Notes under the pieces: generated by a model
The model's input: the letters and a program-made list of their open reading frames with translations, nothing else
Database searches by the model: none
What the model was told of the DNA's origin: nothing
Program-made: the position numbers and the translations under genes
From: Paramecium tetraurelia
Taxonomy: Eukaryota
Assembly (NCBI GenBank): GCA_000165425.1
Contig: CT868655.1
Span: forward strand, 248,001 to 312,000
Direction: 5' to 3'
Length of the DNA: 64,000 nt
Shown here: positions 1 through 13,928 of the stretch, in pieces
How positions within the stretch are numbered: position 1 is the first letter of the stretch
How the letters are laid out: every line of letters begins with the position of its first letter

Positions 1-69
1 CTCATTCATTCGTTCAAGTTGCAATTTTTATAACTTACGTTGAAGTTCTTCAATTTGAAGTTGGTTCAT
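1..69 (-). CDS. Partial coiled-coil protein, 5' end (runs off window)
   Basis: ATG at 69 gives MNQLQIEELQRKLQKLQLERMNE in code 6; the frame also stays open up to an ATG at 180, so the start is uncertain. Confidence 0.5.
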
Positions 70-336
70 GACAGTTAATAAAATTAATATATATATTTAT
101 TTATCTATCTAAATGATTTCAAGTTTTCTCCAATTACTGTGATCCCATACCTCTAAATTAGCCATACAATCAGATTACATTGAATTTTGAATCTTATTTT
201 TAAATCATAGAGAATTCATTAGTATTGATCATCTATTATAAAAGGAACTATCTAATAAAATGATCTGTAAAAGATGTAACTATAGATATTGAAATTTTAA
301 CATATATTTTTGATAAGATTTAATTACTTAATAAAA

Positions 337-3300
337 TCATAATAAGATTGCATCTTATATAAATTCTTCAATGCACTATTCAAATACCATGTCTCCTATC
401 TCCATCAATAGCTCCAGCTTATCGTCTGATGCTAAATTCCATCTAAACTCACTATCTTACATCTATATTTATATAATTGATTAATTACATCTGCAATCAA
501 CATTTTGTGTACTCTTTACTCTCTTATTTATATGATAGGATCATAGTAATATTGAAGATCAGTATCATACAATTCCGGGTTCTATTGCATATTCATTTGC
601 TAGATCATCATTTCTGTAGTCTTAGCTTCTAGAATAACTTATTTCTCTCTTGGAACATAGTATTCTTCTTCTATTGGCAAGAATCCACATAAGTAATTTG
701 CAAACTAAATTATTCTAGATTCCATCTTATTCAAAAAATCACAAAAGTCCTCACATTTAATAGCTTACTGAGGGATTCGAGCCTCCCAAGGATAAGGCTC
801 TCCGTTATCTATTATAAGATTTGTAATAATACTATAATAATAAGGTCTGAATGTATTCAAAACTTCATTGCAGGCATCAAATATAGCTCTATTGTGAATA
901 TGCTCAAGCTCTTTTAAGGCTTTAGATACATGATTCAATTTCTCAAAGTCGTTCTCTTAAAGTCGATGAAATTCATACTCAAAGAAATATTAATCTAACA
1001 TCACAAAATTTACATAATTTCGATCCATATTTTATTATGAATAATTTCCATAGAAAAGCTCTAATCGCTTTTATGGTGAATATCCATATGGAATATTAAT
1101 CTTTTAAACAATCTCTTCTCCATAGAGAGGCAAGATATAATCAAAAAGGTTGTGAAGATAGTATCTAATTTCAATAATTGAAGTTGGTATTTAAGACATT
1201 GTAGGTGTAAGTTATTAAATGACTAATCCAAATTGATTTTACTAATTCAGTAATTCTAATATATTATTATATAAATTTACCTTCGGTTAAATTGTCTATA
1301 ATGTCACTTATTAAGTCATTTGCAATCAAATCCAATTTATCTTTCATGTTCATCTCTTCATTAGGTTAAATAATAACCTCTTTAAGAAACTATCTTTGAT
1401 CAATTTAATTTTCTTAATCAAGATCTTCAGATTAGGTTTCTTCAAGTTTTTCTAACTCATTTTCAGATTGTAGATAAATATTATTCAAAATTTTAACCTC
1501 AGATTAGCTTTGTTTTGATTTTTTAAGATTACTAAATCGTTCATCTACTTTTTACTTCAGACTTATAAGTTTTGAATTGTTTTCATCGAAACTTGATGCA
1601 ATCATCAAATCTCTCTAAATCTTTTTCATAGCACTTGCTTCTTTTTTCTTGCTTAATTCAATATAATGTCTTGTGATTTGAAGATCTTCTAGTTCCTTTT
1701 TCAACCATTTATTTAAGTCAGCTTTTTTATTTTCATCATTGTCAACTTTTTTTATTTCTGTGAAATATCTTAATTATATTGCCTCCTCTCTCATGTTTAA
1801 TAATTCTGTATCCCTTTTCATTAACTGAGATTATAAAACTAATATCGACGATTTACTTATCTCTGTTATCTAGTCCTTTGATGATTAAATTAATTTAACT
1901 TCACTTTAATCTTAAAGAGCCTTGACTTTCTTTCTCGCTTCGTTAAAATTCTTCTCTGTGCTTGCTTCTTAAGATTGCAACAATTTGACATCAAATGAAT
2001 GGTCAGATTAATTTGAATTAAGTTTGAATTTAGATAATTGACTCTAAATAATGGAAATAATGGCATGTTTCATTTAATTTTTGAGTTTTCTCATAGCAGC
2101 TGTCTTCTTTTAATCATTATCATAAGTTTCCAATTGAAAATTCCACCCATTCAATTCATTTAGTAAATTTCATCTACCATTTTTGCTTTTTCTAAATTTG
2201 ATGCATTCTGTGAAACACTAAATTGGTTGCTTAGACAAAGTTAAAAATCCGTTTGATTTTCTACAACTAAAGGTATTTTATTTATCACTTTTTATTCTTC
2301 AATAATTTAAGAATTAAGTTAATTTTTATTATTATTTACAATAATTTTATTTTAGTTTTCCAACTTAATCTGTTTGTTATTTGGGACAATTTAGGTTTAC
2401 GCTTTTTATTTTAATACTTTATTTATTTGAATAGGATGTGATTTATTTTAAGTTTAATCATTGAACAAGGACTTATAATGTTTCTAGATTAATCTCTTCA
2501 TCTCTTGCTAATTAATTTTTTGATTTTTTTGCTTCATTCTTATACAGTGTTATTTCCATGCCTTTTATATCTTAATTACTGCTTTTTGGATTCCTTGATA
2601 TATCAGTACTTTGAAATTAAAATCAGATATAGTTGCACTAATGCTTTATGAATCTTAAAATAATAAAATCAATTTCTTTATCATTTTTTGCAAATAAGTT
2701 GTAGGAGGATATTTCTTGAACAATTTACTAATTTCATTGTCTAATATTAATTCACTATGATTATTCAATTATTAAGGACTTTTAATTTACTTTTAATCTT
2801 ATCTAGCTGAAGATGACGATCTTTTTTTTGAAGAATCGCTTTATAAATCTGCAGATTTTAGAGAATTTTATTGAAAAAACTCTTATTTGCTTTGGTTAGC
2901 TAGACTATGTACATCAGTTTGGTGTTCTTTGTGCTTTTGCTTTTTCTTGGTAACTTTCTTTTTAGCTTTTTTAGGCGATTTAATCTTTTGATCAAGTGTT
3001 TTATTTTTCAATTATATCTTTTGCTTCAACTGTTCTAATTTAACTTGGTTCTCTATTCTAATTCAAATCATATAATTACTTTTTTTTTTATTCTTCTAAA
3101 ATCTGAATTTCATAATTTTTTGCAAAGATAGAGTTCTAAGTCTTCTTTAAGGTCAGATATAAATCATTTTACTTTTGATTACCATGATTTTTTAATTCTT
3201 TATAACTCTCCTCTTTTATATAGATTTATTTATTCTAATCCTTTTATAAATTTTATTGTTTTATTTATAATTTATTTATATTGTCTTGTATATTCTCTAT

Positions 3301-3669
3301 CTTAGAATGTTATTTCTTCAATACGGTTTCACTTAAAGATATATCATAGTTCTTAAAATTAAGTTTGCGGCTGGTTGTCGTTAATGATTGAACTTATTAT
3401 TTATGATTTTTATTTTAAGTTGGATAAAACGATTTTTTTGTTGTGTTTACTAGAGAAACAACTTTGCCTTGTTTTTTTTTAGAAGCCCTCTTCTTATTAG
3501 TATTCTTAATTTATAGTGACTAGGATTTGAGTTTATGATTCTAATCTAATTTTTATTCTGGGGATTTGATTCTTGAACTATTTCTTTATCTCTTATTGTT
3601 ATTTATGCTATTTGGTTCTTGTAAGTTACTTTCATAAAATTATGTATCAAATGAATTTTGAGTATTCAT
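337..3669 (-). CDS. Large coiled-coil protein with DUF4378-like C-terminus (CEP350-like architecture)
   Basis: Start MNTQNSFDTQFYESN; long K/E/Q-rich helical region; C-term MQDSEFRWNLASDDKLELLMEIGDMVFEQCIEEFIQDAILL*; introns 463-488, 1256-1280, 3058-3079. Confidence 0.65.
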
Positions 3670-4669
3670 GTATGAAAATAAATTAATAAATATGTTTAAA
3701 ATTGATCACTTAAATAAGAAAATTTATGCACTGATTAAGTTTTTACCAGAGTCATTGCAAATACAAAATAAGTAATTATATGCTCAATATTTACTGTATG
3801 ATCCTCTGTTTCTAATTTACAAAATGATAGAATTTTAGAAGTCAAATATTAATATCCAAAATAAAATAAATGATAAACCGTAAAAATAAAAACATAATAT
3901 AATAAACAGAGCATTAAATATTAATTAGTAGGTATATCATCTATACTAAAATAATTAAGTTGAATTACTAAAATTTTGTTTATATTTTTTATTCTAAATA
4001 AGTATTATCTCATTTATTAGTATTGAGAATCAGATGAAAACAATTCAGTAATGATTGTTACATAGGATTTGAGTTAGTCACTATTATTTTTATTACAACA
4101 TAATAAACAAATTTCTGAAAGCAGAATATTTCTAGTATTCTTTTAGTTTAATTATATTTTTATTCCACTTAATTCGAATCTCTTTTCATTATTTGCTCTC
4201 ATTTTTAAAGTATTTCTGTTCACAAAAATCCGTTTAGAATTATGGTTTAGATAAATTTTAATATATATATTCGTAATCCTTCCTTATTGTATTTTAAAAA
4301 TAAAAATAAATATTTATTTGAAAGCATCAGTGATCTTTACTCTAGAAATTATGTGATTATAAATATCTTTTTACACAAGCTTATCCAGATAATTTTTTAT
4401 TAAATTATGAAACATAAGCTATGTTGCGAAACAAAAAATTTGTAATTCCTTCATTCTATGGAATAAGATTAATATTCATTTTTTATAATAATTTGAAGAT
4501 TTATTTGTTAAATATTTAGGATTTTAGAAGACAAGTAACTCCAAGGTATCCAAAATGTTACAAACAGTTATCACCTGTTTCAATATTGTCATAGAGACCT
4601 TTTTTACAAGTAATGACACACCAACATAAAAATAAATAATTAAATTGTTTATAAATAATATTTAATTCC

Positions 4670-6597
4670 ATGAAGAAAAATGAAATTGAATTTCAGGATA
4701 ATTCTATATCCATTAAGAGGTAGCCTCTTTTAGACAGAAAGAAAAGTTAGGATAAGGATCAGGGTCTCAGAAAATCAAATGTTTATGAAGGTGGTTTGAG
4801 TTAATTGAAAAAATCCATACTTGAAACTAGTTAGTTCTAAAGAATTGAAAAACATGTATAAATGTGATGTATTGTAGCCATCTCTTCAAGAATTCTCTGA
4901 TTCTATGAGCTTGATGAGTATATAATAGAAATGCCATCAACTTGTAAAATCCGTTCAAGAATAAGAAGTCTAAGAAATTTTTTTCATTTTAGATCATTTT
5001 AATACATTAACCTCTAAGCCTAAGCTCAAAGATATTTATGATTAAAAATAACAGACAATTCTTCATATTTCATGTTTTAAAAATCTGCCAACTGCAGTTG
5101 AAAGAATCTTGATGTATGAAAAAGATAATTCCACAGCTGAAGAATTCAATATTTGGATGAATTAAAAAAATAAGGATTCATTCACAGCAGTTCATTTTGC
5201 TGCCTATGTTGGATCATTAGAAACATTAGAAATTTTAAAGAAATATGCGTGTGATTTAAAAATAAAAAATGAATAGGGTCAAAATGCACTTTCAATAGCA
5301 GCATAAGGAGACTAAGTTTCTGCTATGGTTTGGCTGTATTTGCAAGGGCTGTCTTACACTGAATAAGATGAGAAAGGGGGAACTCCATTGCATTGGGCTA
5401 CTTATTATGGTAGTGAGTTTGCTGTTCAATTTTTGTTGAGTTGGTTACAAAAGTCTAAGGAAGGGAAGAAAATTATAAACCAACAAGATACTGAGGGAAT
5501 GACACCTCTGCATTTGGCGGCAATGACAGGAAATTAAAGAATTGTTAAAAAACTACTCTATAAAGGGAGTTCAAAAACCATTAGAGACAATAGAAATTAA
5601 ACTCCAGCGTAAACAGCATTAGAAAATGAATACGAAATAATCTATAAAATTTTGGAAACAAATAATTGTCTATTTGAATTTTTAAATATCCGAACAAGGT
5701 AAATGCTAAGTTCACTCTTAATAGTTATAAACCAGCCTCAATCAGTTGGAATTAGATATGTTCATTTTTTTTTATTTATTTCTATTGCATGATTGGATCC
5801 GTGATTTTCGTATATCCATTTTTCCATGCTGATGCTTGGTTATAATATTTATCCATAGCTTCATTTTTGATTGGACTCGTCTTTTATTTTTTGACTATGT
5901 TCATTAGTCCAGGATATGTAGAAAGAAATGATGATTCAAGAAAACTATTTTCACTTCTCACCTAATATGAACCTTGGGAACTATGTCCAGAATGCTAGAT
6001 ACATAAACCATTAAGATCTAGACATTGTGAGTTTTGTTCAAGATGTGTTATAGTTTATGATCATCATTGTCCATGGTTACATAATTGTGTAAATATTTAT
6101 ATTTTTAATAAAGATAGGAGCTAAAAATTATCCATATTTTATTTGTTTCATTTTGACAATATTTGTAAACTTAATTCATCTGATCATATTGAATGCTATA
6201 TTCTTGATAGATGATTATCCTAATCCCTTGCATAATCCTCATTATCCATGGTTCAATAATGTCTCTAATCTAAAGGCACTTGATATCTCCAAGAAATTTG
6301 TGCAATTAACTATATTAATTCTATGTTTACTCTTTCTATTCCCCTTGGCATATTTGATCTATGTTTAAATGGACAACTTATTCAGAAACATAACTACTTT
6401 CGAGAAATATAGATAGGAAGAATAGTCAAATGTTTAAGGTTCAAAGGATAAGAAAAGTCAATAAACTATATAGTAAATATCCTTCTAATTTTAGATCTAC
6501 TTCATCTATTAGATCATCAGTATCACACAATTTATCGTGTTCAAATTGCTTAGAAATGTGTTGCAACAATTCAAGAAATACTTCATATCAAATATGA
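4670..6597 (+). CDS. Ankyrin-repeat DHHC palmitoyltransferase (Akr1/ZDHHC17-like)
   Basis: Ankyrin motifs [38 protein letters not shown] helices; [42 protein letters not shown]; introns near 5699 and 6089. Confidence 0.95.
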
Positions 6598-6635
6598 CAC
6601 ATTTAAATATTTATAATAATTTGAATTTTATTCTA

Positions 6636-7196
6636 TCAAATTTTATATGAAATTTAATAAATTATATCCTTGACTTTATTGGTTATTATTATTTACTCTT
6701 CCAAATCACTATCCTGTTAAAATTTGTTTTGGGAACATTATTACAATGATTCCAACTCAATATTGATCGAATGAGATTATTATGATTTTTCATCTTCTAT
6801 TTCTATAACTTCTTCCTGAAAATCAATAAATTTAGTAACAAATTAGCATTAATTTGAAACATGATCCTTAAAATTTTTCAAATCTCCTCTCCAATTTTCA
6901 CATCGCGTACATTCTATTTAGACTTCTTAAATCATAGACTAAGCAAATAAATCTTTTTCTTATAAAAAATTTCTGTTAATTTGATATCTACATTCAGGAC
7001 AAGTTCTCTTATACTATAGCCAATTCAAAATACAAGATCCACAGAAAGTATGCCTATTTTTACAATATCAACTGATATACCCACATGATACTCTTAAAGG
7101 TTTATAAAATACATCCCTACAAATAGTACAAAATAAATGTGGACTAATCGGATATAATTGTTCATTAGATATTCTAAATTACCGAGGCTTATTCAT
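6636..7196 (-). CDS. C3HC4 RING finger protein (TRAF-like RING plus zinc finger)
   Basis: CTICRDVFYKPLRVSCGHTFCGSCILNWLQYKRTCPECR after removing one intron, then CTRCENWRGDLKNFKDHVSNQC. Confidence 0.88.
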
Positions 7197-7639
7197 TATT
7201 TTAATTAGTATTCAATTTACAAAAATTGCATTATAAATATCAGTCAAACCATCTATTACTTTATAAATTTCACTTAATTGCATATTTTTTCTTTATTTAA
7301 GCAATATTTTAGCTTATCTAGCTTTATTGACTCACTTTCTATAATTTGTATTTGATCATATATGTAATTGTTTTTATTTTTAATTCTAATTAATTCAAAG
7401 AATGCTACCAAAATACTTGAACTATATATCCTAACCTCATTCTCTTATAAAAATAACATCAATAATATTGCTAATTTCTCAATGTGAAAAAACGAAATTT
7501 TTAGTCATTACCTTTTTAATTGACAGTATTCATAACAAAAAAATGTGAATTGATTGAATTTAGTGTTAATAGAAGGGTTAATGCTCTAATTTTAGATTAT
7601 ATTCATGTATTTTGTTTTTATAATTGAAATATTACAAAG

Positions 7640-8159
7640 TCATCCAAAAAAAACTTATGATCTGTTTCTATATGTTTCAGAAGGTGGCTACAATGGAGGT
7701 AAATTATAATGACCACTTCCTTCATTTAAAATGAATCTGCCAATAATTTTAGCTGAACTTTCTGTAACTCTTGGGTGATGCCGAAGGAAACAGGGCTCTC
7801 TAACTTTAATATCTCTATTGATATTTCATTGGTATAGACGTCTATTTACTCAGTTCTAATGGCGTAAAGATCTTATTATCCTTTTATGACATCAAAAATG
7901 AAATACTTCTGGTTTCTTAAATCTTTGATAGGAAACATTCGAAAGAGTTGATAGATTATTTATTGTAGTAATTTTATCCGTGTTTTTGAGACAATCCTGT
8001 TTGTCGTACCATTAATATTGCTCAGTGTGAGCTTTTTAATTCTTGTGATCTAAAAAGTGCGATTATAATAAAATTACTTTAAAGTGTTCTAATATAGGTT
8101 TTCTACTCTCCATCATACAACACTTATCTATATAGAGGATTGGCTTCTGGATTGAGCAT
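7640..8159 (-). CDS. Hypothetical protein
   Basis: ATG 8159 MLNPEANPLYRQVLYDGEQK; three short introns give an open frame ending ...YNLPPLQPPSETYRNRSQVFFG*; splice model uncertain. Confidence 0.55.
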
Positions 8160-8214
8160 GAGATTAAATAATTTATATATATATTTATGAAGTTATATAA
8201 TTTTAATGTCAGAT

Positions 8215-9090
8215 TCATATTCCATTTTAAATTAAACTCTTTAGACTTAACTCAACCCTCATTTTTGGTCGATTAGAATCTAATGCTATTTTATATGAAG
8301 TACCTTATTTGATGAGAACTCTTTAAGTAGGACACTTGCTTAGATCAACTATTACATGAGATTAGTTTTAATTGTGAGTTTCCTTAACCTTCACTTAAAC
8401 CAATTTAGTTTATGATCTATCGGTCCTTAAGTTTCTCTAATTAATGGTTGATACATTATTCTCTTTGGCTTATCGGAATGGGGAAGCCGAGGGTGTAGTT
8501 CGTTGATTAGTTCTTGGAGTGAGCTTTTAAGCAACTGTATTCTTAACCAGAGGGGATTTTGTTCTTTGTTAAGTCTTAACTTAATTTTGCTATGGTATTT
8601 ATTGAAATTTCCTATAAGGAGATGTGCTTCTTTGGGGAGATACATCTTTCTTTTTATTGGGCTAATATTGATTTTGGCTTGGTTGGTTGGGTTTGTGACT
8701 CTAATTTCTATTGCATTAGGAATTTAGAGCTTCTAGGGTTTATTTGGAAGTGTTGCTATGCTAAACTATTAGTGTTGGTAGATAATTTTTAGGATTAGTC
8801 ATCCTTCCTTATAAATACTTGAAGATGGATGGAGGTTGTGCATCGTTGTCTTAAACAATAGGTAATTCTTAGATTTCATGTGATTTTAAAGTCATTCGTA
8901 ATTGATTCAGGCATAAATGATTGTTAAATGATGTCTGGAATCTACAGGTGTCTATTGGTGTCAGTTTAAACTGTTGAGAATATCTCTTCAGATTAGGTGG
9001 TGGAAGTGGATTCTTTGTTAATGGATTTATATTTGTGGAGTGATCCTTGTGCTGAGAAGCAAACTGGTTTTTAGGTGGGTTTAATTGCAT
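8215..9090 (-). CDS. Hypothetical Q/P/S-rich disordered protein
   Basis: Intronless code-6 frame MQLNPPKNQFASQH...KMRVELSLKSLIQNGI*. Confidence 0.75.
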
Positions 9091-9285
9091 TATCAAAGGT
9101 TTTCATTTAGCAGTTAAACAAAATTTATTAATAAATTATCTTAAGTAATGATAAACTGAGTATGTTTACTAATAATAAGGGATTATTTTAAGAAACTCAA
9201 GAGTTATGATAATTATCAAAATATGAGGTTCTTATTAAAAATTCATAATATTTAGGAAATTTAAATATATATTATATATTCGAAA

Positions 9286-9817
9286 ATGTACAAGAGCAAC
9301 TTTGTCGAATCTCAATCCTTCTTCAACAAATATATGTAGTAGGCTATGAAGAATAAGAAAAAGGCTAACAACGAAGATGCAGCTGCAGTCAGATGTTAGA
9401 GATGTTTGAAATATGGTCATTTGACTTATGAATGCAAAAATGAAAATGTGTATTTGTATAGACCCTCAAGGACGATGCAATTCAAGTAAGAATAGCTGAG
9501 AGTATTATTTTAGAGAGAAATAATTACAATACGAATTAAATAGTGAAAAGCCACCTGAGGTTCCTGATGCATTTGATGGGGATTGGAAAAGAAACACAAA
9601 AAAGAAGGTGCCTTTGGAAGTATCTTCAGATTCAAGCAGTGATGAGGAGGTGTAGGTCAAGAAAGAGGGAACCACAATCAATGTAAAGAAATAAAAGAGT
9701 TCATCTTCTGAGAGCAGCAGTGAGGAGTCAAGTAGTAGTGATAGTGATAGTGATTCATCAGGTTCATCCTAAAAGAGAAGAAAGAATAGATCCAGGGACA
9801 AGAAATAAAGAAAATGA
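9286..9817 (+). CDS. ZCCHC10-like zinc-knuckle protein with Ser/acidic tail
   Basis: [29 protein letters not shown] matches the ZCCHC10 pattern; Ser/Asp/Glu-rich C-terminus; one intron near 9486. Confidence 0.85.
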
Positions 9818-9848
9818 ATTATATATGCATTAAAATAATTATCAATAA

Positions 9849-11411
9849 ATGAGTAGTAAAAAAAAGAATATATCCAAAAACGATGATGGGTATGATGATG
9901 TGGGATGTTTCTGTGGGTGGATTAAGAAAAAGAGTTCTAAAAATGTTAATATCGAATAGAGCAGAATATCCCTCCATAAATAGCAAAGAAACTCTCTATA
10001 TAAATCTGCTCTTGATGTTAGCAATCATAATGGTACATCATAATTAAATTAATTGAATTCAACCAACTCTGAAACATAAACAAAGAACAGTGATATGTCC
10101 CCTTTTGTGAGCAGTTTTGCAATCCCCATTTTTGAGAACAATTATCCTTCAAATTAGTTGTTCTAACTCAAAAATAATTAAAGTGGAGACTCAATCTTTG
10201 CTAAAATCACGTCTACCAAAATAGATGTACCTAAATCTCTGGGTTTCAACTAGGACATCTGCAATGATCCAAAAATATCAGATCAGATTTCCAAATATAT
10301 AGCCACTAGAATTAAAGATTAAATTAATTCATTAGCTGAATTTGGATGTGGAGATGGAGGGAACACAGTTCAAGTATCTTATATAAAATTAATAAAAGTT
10401 TGCTAAATATTTAGACTTTGTTATCGCCATTGATAAATCTACTGAGGCATGTTTGAAAACTAGAAAAAATTGTGATCAAGATACTTTAAATAAAGATTTT
10501 CCAAATCCAAAAGTTGAAATCATTAATTCTGATATTTTTAAATTAAAAAGACGTTTACCTTTTGATAGTATTTTCATTAACCCTACAATCAATACAGAAA
10601 ATGCTCAAATTTGTAAAGATTTATTGAAAGATTGTCAACCTAATTTGTAACAATTATTAATGATGATTTCTGATTAGATTGAGAACTTAATTATTTAATT
10701 CCCTGCTTAAATTGACTATTCATAATTGCCTCTATTACTTAATATTAATCAATAATATTAAAATAACACTCAACATAAATATTAATCTTTGGTATCATAA
10801 CACAAATAACAACAATCATTCATAGCTCATTGTTCTCTGGAAATTGAAAAAATATATGTTAATGGAATTCACATTTAAAATATTATCTATTATGGTAAAA
10901 TTGCAAATATAACCAGAGAGGAATTAAGATCTATATTAATTACACAATTATAAAATTAAGAAGTTAAACCAGAAGCAATCTAGAATCTTATAACAAAATT
11001 AAAAGATAAAATAGGTATGTTATTTTTATTAGTTTAGGGAGTCTGGAAGTTGTATATGAATTACTTAATGCTTAGAGTTTTAAGTACAACATAGACAAAT
11101 TTTTAGAAGTGGTTTGTGATAAATATAAATTAGAATATGGAGACTATGCGTACATTCTTTATCAAAAGTTATCCAAGTAATAATACGGGAATATTTATTA
11201 TTTTAGAGAATTTTCATAAAACACATTCAACTATCATCATAATTTAAAAGAGTCAACCCATGAAGTATAGGAATCTGAATATGCTTACAGTCCTAAATTC
11301 TCTTATAATTTGAATGGATTACAAATGGATGACACAAATTCAATAGATGAAAATGAAGATATGGAAGCATTGGGTTTAAGTTAGGATGATAAAAAATCTA
11401 AATTAAAATGA
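9849..11411 (+). CDS. Divergent TGS1-like (trimethylguanosine synthase family) SAM methyltransferase
   Basis: Motif I LAEFGCGDGGNTVQF, then VIAIDKS, VEIINSDIF, DSIFINP, SLEIEKIYVNG; short introns. Confidence 0.7.
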
Positions 11412-11413
11412 TA

Positions 11414-13886
11414 TCATTTAATATATTTCTTAATCAAAACTTTTAGTTACTCTATTCTAACTGGTTTTATTATGAAATCTTTCATTCCACTTTCTAATGC
11501 TTTACTTAAATTATCTTCTGTGTCATATGCTGAACACATTATGATATTTAATTTATCATCAATTTACAATAATTAACTGGATGTTTGGTATCCATTTAAA
11601 CCTGGCATTTCAATGTCCATAAAAATCATCTTATATTATGCCTGCTATTAAAGTTTGCGTTTCTTAATTTAATTTATGGCTTGATATCCATCATATACAA
11701 TGTCGCTTTCAAACCCAAGATTCTTAATCAGTAAATTCAAGGAAATCAGATTAAAAGCCACATCATCGCAAATGAGTATCTAAGAAAAAGTTTCACTTTA
11801 AATTAATCTATTTGAGAAGAATGTTTGAGTCCAAATAGGAATCTAATGTTCTTCTTCAAATCCATTATCAACATCGATCTGATTTGGAGATATTATTTGA
11901 TCAAACTTAATCGATGGATCTTTAGGTCTTATCCCAAAGATATTTATTTAGTTATTAATCCTGAAACTCACCTTGGTAAACAAACCCTCTTTGCTTCTGA
12001 TCTTGAAATACGATTTTTTAGAATATGACAATTCGTTGCTCATCCTACTCCCTATAGTGAATCCCAATCCAACATATTTCGTAGTGAAATTCTTTAACTA
12101 ATGGTATATATCGTTGTCAATAGATGTATGAATGATATTATTGATAGCATCTAATTCTGTCTTTGCTATTCCTCTCCCTGTGTCATGAACTATAAATTTG
12201 ATAAATTGATCCTTCACAATCCCTGATGATTTTACTTTATTTTTAGCAGTAACACAAATGACATCATTTTCCCTTGTAAATTTGAGGGAATTATTAATTA
12301 AATTAACTAGGAGTTGCAATATTCTTTCTGGATCATTGTAAATCATTTGGTTTTCAAGAGAGTCAAAAATAGAAAAGATTAACTTTATCCCTTTTGTTGA
12401 ACAGATTTCCTTGTAATACTCTTCTAGTTACTTATATACATCTTTAATAAGAAAATCCTTTATATTTAATTGAAATGTTGAGAGCCCAAAGGAAGCATAA
12501 TCTAAAATATCATTAATTTGATGCATTAACAACTTATTTGAAACTATAGCAGGATTTAAATAGTTTTATATAAGTTGAGTTGAAATGGATTAGGTTTTTA
12601 ATGCCTGAAGTAATGTTAATGAACAATTAAGGGGTGTTCTCAATTCATGAGAGAATGAGTTGAAATGCAATGTTTGAAACTTTTACTTTTGGATATATTA
12701 TTATAATCTTTCGTTTTCTGTGATATCATAGATGAATAGTAAATACCCTGTTTGATTCAAGACGTTGGCAATTTTACAAAACTGCAATTCAATAATTTTT
12801 TCACCATTGTTAGTTGTCATATTTACCTTCAGCTTGTTAGCTTTAACAAAAGTTCTTTGATCTAAACTATAATAAAATATAATGAGTACAGATTAGATAA
12901 TTAGCAATCGGCAAATAGGGATAAGAGTAGTTGTCTGAATTCAGGAATTGTAAATTGATTCTTCTTTTATTTTTTGGTTAGAAATTAAGAGTCCAGTAAT
13001 TTTTCACTCATGGATTTGAATCGCTTAAGATTTTATTCAGCAGAGGCGATTAAGCTCTCGATCATTTTGCAATCAGCTTTTTGTAGGAGATGTTTTTATG
13101 AAGCTCTGAACTTAATTTCTTTGTGTTAACTGTTCAGATTTTAATCCTATTCAAAGGCTCTATTATTTTAAAAATAATTTACTGTATAATAATTTTTTAT
13201 AATTGAATCATGGTAATGTCGTATGACTTTGTTGAAAATAACTTCTATGTTTTCTCGTTTATGTATTAAATTTCAAGATTCTATCCAAAGTAGATGATTC
13301 CTTATCGACTATGGTTTAAAATATAGATTAATTCATCCCTGGTGATTAAATCTATTTTTCTATTTGAGGAAGCTATTTCTGCAGGCACAGTAGAATATGA
13401 ATGGAAGACGTCATTGGATGAGGAATGCTTATGGGATAGGAGTTAAGAGTTCTGATTTGTCTGGATAAGAATGATGATGACGAAAATTAATGCTGTTATT
13501 GTGTATTGATGAATTTAAGTATTTAGGAATTGTATTTCAATCATGCATTATAGAAGAGTGGCAAATTAAAGATACTTCAGCTGTTTAGTTGAATGCTCTT
13601 AATACAATAATAATAAGTATTTGTAAAGATTGTATGAGTTGAGAGAGGTAAAAGTTAGTCTGATTTCAGAAGCCAGTTGCATCTAATAGAGGATTTGTAG
13701 TAAAATAGTGAATTGTTGAAACTTCATTCTTTTGTGTATTGCAAATTAAAAGAGTATGCTTAATATAGCTATGGCACATCGTATTCCTGACATTATGTAG
13801 TTTATATTTGAGAGCGGGTCTAAAAGGTTTAAAGTAGCATCTGTTACAATAACCAGATTTATGGCTAAGGCAATCCAAATATTCAT
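11414..13886 (-). CDS. Membrane hybrid histidine kinase (TM-HisKA-HATPase-receiver)
   Basis: N-terminal TM helices; H-box FSHELRTPLN; N-box DPERILQLLVNLINNSLKFT; G1 VHDTGRGI; receiver ILICDD...IFMDIEMPGLNG...CSA...FIIKP. Confidence 0.93.
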
Positions 13887-13928
13887 GAATTTTTTATACG
13901 TAAATTATATCACATTAATTAATTAACA

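Noticed and set aside
8427..8792. Overlapping ORFs in the supplied track
   Set aside because: Antisense or off-frame shadows of the minus-strand gene 8215-9090; the same applies to many other listed ORFs
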